Below, in pieces: positions 10,698-18,500 of a stretch of DNA of 64,000 bases (position 1 is the stretch's first letter; each line of letters starts with the position of its first letter). The position numbers were made by a program, and so were the translations under genes. The notes under the pieces were generated by a model. That model did not search any database and had not been told where the DNA came from. It saw nothing but the letters and a program-made list of their open reading frames with translations. The stretch comes from Candidatus Zixiibacteriota bacterium (GTDB lineage: Bacteria > Zixibacteria > MSB-5A5 > GN15 > JACZUZ01): the NCBI GenBank assembly GCA_024280835.1, contig JAJRPJ010000008.1, forward strand, positions 83,730 to 147,729, read 5' to 3'.

Positions 10698-10704
10698 TTC
10701 CTGG

Positions 10705-10736
10705 CAGGGCGGTAGGGACGTTCGTCCCTGTTTCAC
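10705..10736 (+). terminator. weak hairpin after pyrD
   Basis: CAGGG...CCCTG encloses AGGGACG/CGTCCCT and is followed by TTTCAC. There is no strong U tract. Confidence 0.3.
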
Positions 10737-11161
10737 TTAATTGGACTTTGATGTTTGGCTTTGACAGCTATTAGATTAGATGAAACTAACGAACAATTAA
10801 TTGGTTGAAACCGCGACCAAGGTCACGGCCACCCAGCCGCTTTCAGCAACCCAGGAGCTATTTGGAACAGTTACAAATCGAACTTCATGGACAAATGGAA
10901 TACCGCTGGTGGGATGCGGAGTTGTTTCACCAGAGGACTGACTTTGGTGCAGCGCCTCTTGGTACCAAGGCGTAAACAATGTAGCATTGAAGATGGACAC
11001 AATGTAAAATAACCAACAATCAGTCTAACAAAACCCACAGCAAGCGGATAGGGCACCAGGCAGGGTGGGCCCCCCGTCGGGAACAAATATGTGTTCTTCG
11101 TAGAATCTAATCATGTTTTGTGATTTTTTTCTCTCTTAGAAAACAAGTTATATGAGTCTAT

Positions 11162-11173
11162 TTGATGTATAAT
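11162..11173 (+). promoter_or_regulatory. candidate -10 region (TTGATGTATAAT) upstream of the DUF1611 operon
   Basis: A consensus TATAAT hexamer sits about 100 nt upstream of the start. The identical 12-mer recurs at 13973..13984 upstream of pyrF. Confidence 0.35.
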
Positions 11174-11276
11174 AGAGGTTGTAAGCCATGACTTAGCGGG
11201 GACCTCGCCTTTGATGTCCAGCCGGAATAACCGGGACAAACTCGTCGCCTTCTCTTAGTCAACCCAAGGAGTGACA

Positions 11277-12437
11277 ATGTCATTAATCCCCAGATCACCT
11301 GTGTCGGAAGTAACATCTCTCTATTCGTCAAAACAATTATCGAGTAATATTGCCGTCGATCCACCAACAGCAATCGTCTATTGTGAGTATAACTTTGGTT
11401 CCATTGACGGCAAAACCGCCAATGGGCTAGTTCGCCATTCAGAGATCTACAAGATACTTGCAGTCATCGACAGCCAAAAAGTAGGCCTTGATGCCGGAAT
11501 TGCGCTAGGTGAAAATTCGAAATCAATTCCTATTTATCGAAACTTATCTGAGGCGATAGAACATTTCCCTGCGGTACCTGATTATTTTATTTATGGAATT
11601 GCTCCAGCGACCGGGATGCTTTCGACACATGAACGAGGTGTAATCTTCGAAGCCATATCTCTCGGTATGAACATCGTGAGTGGTCTCCACGAGTTCCTTA
11701 GCGACTCCCCAGGATTTGTCGCAGCGAGCAAGGCGCGGAATGTCAAACTCATTGACATCCGAAAGCCTCGTGATAAAAAAGACCTGCGGCTATTTAGTGG
11801 TCGCATCACCGATGTTACGTGCCCACGCATCGCTGTGCTCGGCACTGACTGTGCAATTGGAAAACGGACTACCTCTACCATACTCACTCGCGCCCTTAAT
11901 AGATATGGACTGAATGCGGTAATGGTTGGAACCGGACAAACATGTTTGATTCAAGGAGCCCGCTACGGCGTTGCGATGGATGCAATACCCTCTCAGTTCT
12001 GCGCTGGAGAGTTGGAAGCAACGATAATTGAAGCCTTTGAAAACGAACAACCCGATATCATTATTATCGAAGGGCAAAGCTCTCTCAGTCACCCTGCATA
12101 TTCTACGTCATCGTTTATCCTAAGAGGTAGCTGTCCTGACGGCGTCATTTTGCAACATGCTCCTAAACGACCTCACAGATGTGATTTCCCAGAGATGGCG
12201 ATGCCAGATCCGTCCTCAGAGATCAATCTCATTCAAACTTTCGCTGACACCAAAGTAATCGGACTGACATTGAATCACGAGAACATGGGCGAAGACGAAG
12301 TTGATTCGGCAATCAAGAAGTACGAGCTTGAGTTGGGTGTTCCCGTTACCGATGCTCTAACCAAATCGCCTGATCTCTTGGTTGAGATGACACTCGCCGC
12401 ATTCCCACAACTCACCAAAACTTCGGTAGCCTGCTAG
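11277..12437 (+). CDS. DUF1611-family protein (DgcN-like putative N-acetyltransferase)
   Basis: It has the P-loop-like VLGTDCAIGKRTT typical of the DUF1611 C-terminal domain. I chose the ATG at 11277, 5 nt after AAGGAG, over the GTG at 11271. Confidence 0.72.
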   Translation: MSLIPRSPVSEVTSLYSSKQLSSNIAVDPPTAIVYCEYNFGSIDGKTANGLVRHSEIYKILAVIDSQKVGLDAGIALGENSKSIPIYRNLSEAIEHFPAVPDYFIYGIAPATGMLSTHERGVIFEAISLGMNIVSGLHEFLSDSPGFVAASKARNVKLIDIRKPRDKKDLRLFSGRITDVTCPRIAVLGTDCAIGKRTTSTILTRALNRYGLNAVMVGTGQTCLIQGARYGVAMDAIPSQFCAGELEATIIEAFENEQPDIIIIEGQSSLSHPAYSTSSFILRGSCPDGVILQHAPKRPHRCDFPEMAMPDPSSEINLIQTFADTKVIGLTLNHENMGEDEVDSAIKKYELELGVPVTDALTKSPDLLVEMTLAAFPQLTKTSVAC

Positions 12438-13540
12438 TGATGAGAACACCACGATTGGAAATAGATCTCGACAAGATCTATTTCAACACACAAACCCTAG
12501 TTAAACGGTTGGCTGCTCGAGGAATATCAGTCATGGGTGTGACAAAAGCGGTCCTCGGCGCGCCAGAGATCGCCTCTGTTTTACTCAAAGCGGGAGTGAG
12601 TTCGCTCGGCGATTCACGAGTTGAGAACATCAAGACACTGTCTCGTGCGAAGCTGGATGCGCAGAAGATCCTCATCCGCACGCCAATGCTTAGTCAGGTT
12701 GATGAGGTAGTGGCGAATGCGGACATTAGTTTCAATACAGAAATCGAAGTCATTAATGCCCTCTCGGCAGCCTCTTTGAGAGTTGATAAGACTCACGGAA
12801 TTGTACTTGTGATTGAGCTTGGAGATCTGAGAGAAGGAATCATGCCTAATGATCTCGGAAGTATTCTTACAAAAATACGCCGTTGCAAGAACATCACTAT
12901 TCAAGGAATCGCTACTAACCTCGCTTGCCTGAGCGGCGTAGCTCCTGACGCGACCAATATGGCAGAGCTATCACAGTTGGCAAATTCGGTAGAAGCGACT
13001 TTAGGATCAAGACTGCGCATAGTATCTGGGGGGAACTCAGCTAACCTCCAATGGGCGCTCGGCGGAGCCAATATTGGACGGATAAACAATTTACGTTTAG
13101 GAGAATCGCTGTTACTTGGTCGTGAGACGCTCCACCGGAAAGCTATTACAGGTCTTCACATCGATGCATTCACTCTAATCGCAGAAGTAATCGAGTCAAA
13201 AACCAAGCCGTCACAACCCTGGGGAGTGATCGCTCAAACCGCCTTCGGAGAAAAACCACCATCGACGAGTGCGGGACATCAATCGCAAGCGCTAATCGCT
13301 ATCGGACGTCAGGATGTTGATCATTCCGGACTCTACCCACCTCCAGGAATTGAAATCCTCGGCGCCAGCAGTGACCATTTACTCGTTGATTCTGGTGATT
13401 CTTCTCTCGCAGTTGGAGATAAAGTCAAGTTCAATGTGAACTATAGCGCACTCGTTCGAGCAATGACTTCACCTTTTGTCCACAAGGTCATGAAGCAAAA
13501 GTCAACTCCTATAGATAAACCCTCACTGAGTATCAAGTAA
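12437..13540 (+). CDS. alanine/ornithine racemase-family PLP-dependent enzyme
   Basis: It has an N-terminal TIM-barrel with a likely PLP lysine in VMGVTKAVLG, and its length and layout match COG3457-type racemases. The start overlaps the upstream stop. Confidence 0.72.
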   Translation: MMRTPRLEIDLDKIYFNTQTLVKRLAARGISVMGVTKAVLGAPEIASVLLKAGVSSLGDSRVENIKTLSRAKLDAQKILIRTPMLSQVDEVVANADISFNTEIEVINALSAASLRVDKTHGIVLVIELGDLREGIMPNDLGSILTKIRRCKNITIQGIATNLACLSGVAPDATNMAELSQLANSVEATLGSRLRIVSGGNSANLQWALGGANIGRINNLRLGESLLLGRETLHRKAITGLHIDAFTLIAEVIESKTKPSQPWGVIAQTAFGEKPPSTSAGHQSQALIAIGRQDVDHSGLYPPPGIEILGASSDHLLVDSGDSSLAVGDKVKFNVNYSALVRAMTSPFVHKVMKQKSTPIDKPSLSIK

Positions 13541-13694
13541 ACCAACTGTCCTATTTCGTAATATTTTTCGTTAGACTAACACCGCTTGGGTTGGGTTCAA
13601 ATCTTGACTTTCAATTCACAATAGATGAATAAATTGGGTGAGATAAAATTGAGACATCAACACAAAAATCAACCATTACACAGCAGTTCCATAG

Positions 13695-13799
13695 GTCGAA
13701 ACCGCAAGGGATGTCGACCTACTACTTTCGGGCGGTTGTTTTGATTCCGTCACTTTCACAAGCTCTGTAGGTAGAAACCCTTGTGGTTGCGACTTTTTT
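13695..13799 (+). terminator. long imperfect hairpin plus T6 tract (operon terminator or 3' end of a small RNA)
   Basis: GTCGAAACCGCAAGGG (13695..13710) pairs with CCCTTGTGGTTGCGAC (13778..13793), with 1 mismatch and 1 G-U. An inner CCTAC/GTAGG stem is also present. TTTTTT follows. Confidence 0.5.
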
Positions 13800-13972
13800 A
13801 GCGCATAAACTCCACTAATCCAGCGCACAATCCCGACCTCACCCAATAGTGATGAGACAGGCGCACAAATATCCCGATTGCAACCGGCCCGGCAAAAACG
13901 CTACAACATCCTTAACTCGCATATCTCTATATGCAAAACGAACCCATTTCGGTGGCAAGTCGCTGTGTCCTC

Positions 13973-13984
13973 TTGATGTATAAT
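13973..13984 (+). promoter_or_regulatory. candidate -10 region (TTGATGTATAAT) upstream of pyrF
   Basis: This is the same 12-mer as at 11162..11173. In both cases CAAGT lies 12-13 nt upstream. It sits about 70 nt before the pyrF ATG. Confidence 0.35.
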
Positions 13985-14053
13985 TCACTATACTTAGGTG
14001 TGAGGCGCCTATTGTCTCAATAACCTAGAATTATCTTCAGAAGGCAGATAGAT

Positions 14054-14980
14054 ATGAAAGCGATAGACAAACTCAAGCAGGCTCAAGTTAAGAGTAACTC
14101 CATGTTGTGTGTGGGGTTAGACTTGGACCCCAAGCGTATCCCGCAACCCTACGGCGCAACAACCAAAGGCATGTTCGACTTTGCCAAAGAAATAATCGAG
14201 GCCACTTCGGACATAGTTTCGGCCTACAAACCGAATCTGGCTTTCTTTGAAGTTATGGGCGCTGATGGAATGTCACTGCTCAAACAGATTTGCGCCCGTA
14301 TCCCAGAGGATATTCCAATTATTCTCGACGCCAAACGTGGTGATATTGGTAATACCTCCGCGCAATACGCCGCCTCGCTCTACAAAGTCTATGGCGCCGA
14401 TTGGGTGACAGTTAATCCATATATGGGCCATGATTCGATCAAACCCTTCCTCGATTATCAAGACCGCGGAGTCTTTGTCCTCTGTTTGACCTCGAATCCA
14501 GGCAGCATGGATTTCCAGACACTCAATTGCGACGGCAAACCGCTCTATATGCGTGTCTGCGAGAAAGCCGCACAGTGGAATACCAACCAAAATATCGGTC
14601 TGGTAGTTGGCGCGACACACCCTGATAGTTTGACCGAGATTCGCAGTTGCGCGGAGGATATGCCCCTTTTGATTCCAGGTATTGGAGCCCAAGGCGGAGC
14701 GCTAGAGAAAGCGGTTATTGGCGGGTCTGCTAATTTCACCAAGACTGCATTGCTAAATGTCTCACGTTCAGTGCTTTATGCTAGCAAAGGACAAGATTTC
14801 GCCGAAAAAGCTCGCGCCAGCGCCCAAAAAATCGTTACCCAAATCAACGCACTGCGCCCAACAAATCGCGATGATAGTCCGACCTCGGAGGCCGAATCTT
14901 CAGCGCCTTCCAGCCCAGAGACCAGCGCCCATAATAACGAACAAAGTAACCAGCAAAGCGCCGAAGCTCCGCCGAGCTAA
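14054..14980 (+). CDS. pyrF: orotidine 5'-phosphate decarboxylase (long, type 2) with a low-complexity C-terminal tail
   Basis: Motifs LCVGLDLDP, ILDAKRGDIGNTS and LIPGIGAQGG are present. The last ~40 aa are Ser/Pro/Gln-rich. Confidence 0.88.
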   Translation: MKAIDKLKQAQVKSNSMLCVGLDLDPKRIPQPYGATTKGMFDFAKEIIEATSDIVSAYKPNLAFFEVMGADGMSLLKQICARIPEDIPIILDAKRGDIGNTSAQYAASLYKVYGADWVTVNPYMGHDSIKPFLDYQDRGVFVLCLTSNPGSMDFQTLNCDGKPLYMRVCEKAAQWNTNQNIGLVVGATHPDSLTEIRSCAEDMPLLIPGIGAQGGALEKAVIGGSANFTKTALLNVSRSVLYASKGQDFAEKARASAQKIVTQINALRPTNRDDSPTSEAESSAPSSPETSAHNNEQSNQQSAEAPPS

Positions 14981-15249
14981 TCTGGGGCCTGCTCTCCTCT
15001 GTGGCGCCAAGTATTCCTTGACGAAACAGCGACGATGGCCTATATTTTACAAGCGACGATTGGGACATAAAATTCGTGGTTTTACGAATAAATCCTTACA
15101 TACCGTAGTAATACTATTCAACACATACAGTTTTGCCTGACTCTCGCTATTTACTCTCCCAAGATACTACCTCTCTGTCTCTGAGATGGAGAAAAACGAA
15201 TATTTTAGTAGCCTAGATAAGAGAATCACATTAACAGTGATTATATCAA

Positions 15250-15283
15250 TTAAAACAGTAATCAAAACAGCCTCAAAACAGAA
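15250..15283. repeat. three tandem 11-12-nt units (TTAAAACAGTAA / TCAAAACAGCC / TCAAAACAGAA)
   Basis: Read directly from the sequence. The units lie in the 378-bp spacer upstream of the 1773-aa gene. Confidence 0.75.
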
Positions 15284-15518
15284 TCTCGCCACATCGGCAG
15301 CGCTGGGAATGGATTTTGCCCAAGAGACCTATAGAATTATCAGATTGGGGTAAGCATACCCCCAATTTGACCATTATCGTATGTGAAGTAAACAAATAGA
15401 GGTTTTCAAATATTAGCAGTAACTTGCAGGTATCCAGCAAGAACCTGCAATAACATATAGCTTTTCCTAAATACGAAAAAATATAACTATAATAAACACA
15501 TTACAACAGGGAGTAACT

Positions 15519-18500
15519 ATGTCATTAAAGCGTCTTTTCCTGGCCTCGCTGGCCACGCTTGCCTTTGTGGCGTTCTTTGACGTCTCAGCACAGGCGCAGA
15601 CAGACCCAGGCATTCGGGACACAATCAAAGTTGACGACGTTCAGATCAATGCAGGAGATCATTTTCCTGTCACTGTCCGCATTTTCAATGACGAAGGTCT
15701 CAACGGCGGCACAATCGGAATGCGCTGGGGCGACCCAGACTTGTTCTTGGATTCGGTTAGTTATACTGGCGGTATTCTAGGAGCTCTGCCATCTTTCCAA
15801 AAACCAACTGTCATTGACAACGCTACAAACTATGAAGTCCTGACAGGATTTTTCCTCTTTGGTGGGACTCCAGTCCAGCCAAGCGCGGATGTCTGGGCAA
15901 CTCTCTGGTTTACGGCTAACCCGTCGTCACCAGATAAGATCATCACGATTGATTCTTCCTTTATTCAACCAGCGGGTGACTTTATTCTGGTAGATGCGGG
16001 TAACGCTTCATTCCCACCTGAATACATTCAGGGAACAGTGACAATCGGAAATCCTGTTAGTAATACACCTCCTGTTATCACTGCTGTCACGCCGAAAGTT
16101 GTCGCCGAAGGCGCCAATCTAAACTTTGTCGTTAGCGCTAGTGACGCCGAGTCAGTTCCGACTTTGACTGCTACTGCGCTGGCCAACGCCACTTTCACCG
16201 ACAATGGTGACGGCACTGGAGCATTCGATTTCAATCCGGACTTTACACAAGCGGGTTCATTCAATGTGACCTTCATCGCATCCGATGGAGAATTCGCTGA
16301 CACTACTGTCGCCTCAATTACTGTCACCAATACGAACCGCCCACCAGTCTGGACGGCTACACCAGCTCAAAATGTCAGCGAAGGTGATTCGCTATCATTC
16401 GGCGTTTCGGCTAGTGACCCTGACGGCGATGCTCTGTTCCTCTCGGAAGTCAGCTTACCTGCTAATGCGAGTTTCGTTGATAATTCCGACGGAACAGGAA
16501 CAGTTACTTTCTTGCCCGACTTTACACAGGCTGGTAACTTAACATTCACTTTTGCAGCTGATGATACACCTCCACCAACTGGAGGTCTCGCAACGAGCAT
16601 AGTTGTCACGCTGGATGTGGATGTGACAGTTGCCAATGTAAATCGTTTGCCTGTTTGGGCTGCGACACCAGCGCAATTTGTCGATGAGGGTGACTCACTT
16701 TCATTCGACGTTGTTGCGACCGATGCTGATAACGATTCATTGACTTTTGCAATTACAGTCCTACCACCGAATGCCAGTTTCAGCCAAACTGGCCCCAATA
16801 CAGGGACATTTATCATCAAACCTGACTTCACGCAAGCGGGTTTGAGGAATTTGAATTTCACAGTTGCAGACGCTGAAGGAAGCTCTGTAATGAATGTACC
16901 AGTCACTATTAGAAATGTTAATCGCGCTCCAGTTCTAGCGGCTGTTAACGACACGTCTATCCAAGTAGGTCAGACTGTTGAGATTAATATCAGCGCCTCG
17001 GACATAGATGGGAATGTGCTGACTCTCGGCGCCTCGGCTCTTGCCAATTCAAACTTCACTGACAATGGCGACGGAACTGGCGCATTTAGCTTTACACCAG
17101 ACGCTGGTCAAGTGGGAGTAATCGCTGTCACTTGGACAGCCAGTGACAGTGACCTAGCTGACACAGTTGGCGCATCAATCACAGTCACAGCGGCGCCTCC
17201 AGTTCTTGGAAGCGTGTCGCCAGACACTCTTTTCTTCACGATTACGGAGGGTGTAGCCGCTGCATCAGTTGACTGCGCACTCCTGACTTCTACTAACGCC
17301 CCCGAGAGCTATGTCGGCGTCGTCGGAAGCGCAGGCGATCCTATCTTTGCGACTCTACAAAGTGACTCTGGTTTAACAGACGACACCGTCTGTCTTAGCG
17401 TTTCAGCTGGAGCTTTGACACCAGGTATTTATAACAACACTGTCTCATTCATGATTAACGGAATAGACAACAATCCCGTAACATTATTCGCCCAGCTGAC
17501 AGTCGAAGCAGCGCCAGTGTCCGACAGCGCTTTCGTGACTCCTGATACATTGTTCTTCACAATTACTGAAGGCGCCAGCAGTGGCGGTATTGGATGTGCC
17601 AATGTCAGTTCGACAAACAACCCCGCAAGCTATACTGCGAGCGTAACAGGCAGCCCTTTCTTCACTGACGTCTTTGCAGGGGATACCACCAATGACTCAA
17701 TTTGTTTTGAAGTCGTTAGCACCTCTGCTCTAACGCCTGGTGTTTATTACAATAGTGTAGAAATTGAAGTAGCTGGTGTCGACAACAATCTAGTTGGTTT
17801 TGTTGTTTGCCTAACAGTTGAGTCACCAGTAGTGGTTGACACTTCGATTCTAGCGCTTTCGGATTCGATGTTCACATTCATGTCCAGCGTTGACACACCG
17901 TTCATCTCTGGCGATTCCGTCTTGGTCTCCAATGTCGGAACTGGACCAGATTTCCCTTGGGCAATTACAAGTATAGAATGTTCGTATGTTTCTTGCCCAC
18001 TCGGTGACCCATTCTGTATTGGACCTGAAGTGAGTATTCCGATTGACGCTGACTCAAGTGGAATAACCGTATCGCCACTTAGCGGATCCACTCCATCCTA
18101 CGCGTTCATCAACGTCGATAATCAAAACTTGGCCCCAGGTGTTTACACTTGCTGGTTCCAAGTCGAGGGAGCCGCGGAAGTTCAAAATTCGCCGCAATCA
18201 TTCCATGTCGAGTTTGTAGTCAAACCTACGCCATTACAGCCAGTTAGTGTTATGGCGATTTCGCCGACACTCTTTGAGCATGTTGCAGTAGCTGGCGAGC
18301 CAAACGTTATCTCTGACACATTGGAAATAACCAACGTTGGTGACGGTCCTGATTTCGGTTGGCATATCAGTCTTGAGTCGGCCTATTGTGACTTTGTGCC
18401 GCTTTGCCCACCGAACATACCATTCTGCGGTGATACAATCCGTTTCAACAGAATTGACTTCGCGGGCTTTGGTCCAGTTAACGGAACCACACCAAGTGTG

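Noticed and set aside
10698-11270. RNase P RNA, tmRNA, SRP RNA or a known riboswitch in the long pyrD-DUF1611 gap
   Set aside because: I looked for hallmark strings (GAGGAAAGTCC and ACAGAA for RNase P, a T-arm plus CCA-type 3' end for tmRNA, GGAAGCAGCC-type domain IV for SRP, the B12 box, and the TPP CTGAGA/ACCTGA motifs) on both strands and found none.
16367-16954. The 195-aa antisense ORF, and similar long antisense ORFs at 9944..10384, 29278..29802 and 48224..48778
   Set aside because: All lie entirely inside strongly supported genes on the opposite strand, have low-complexity or odd composition and carry no recognisable motifs. They are typical shadow ORFs.
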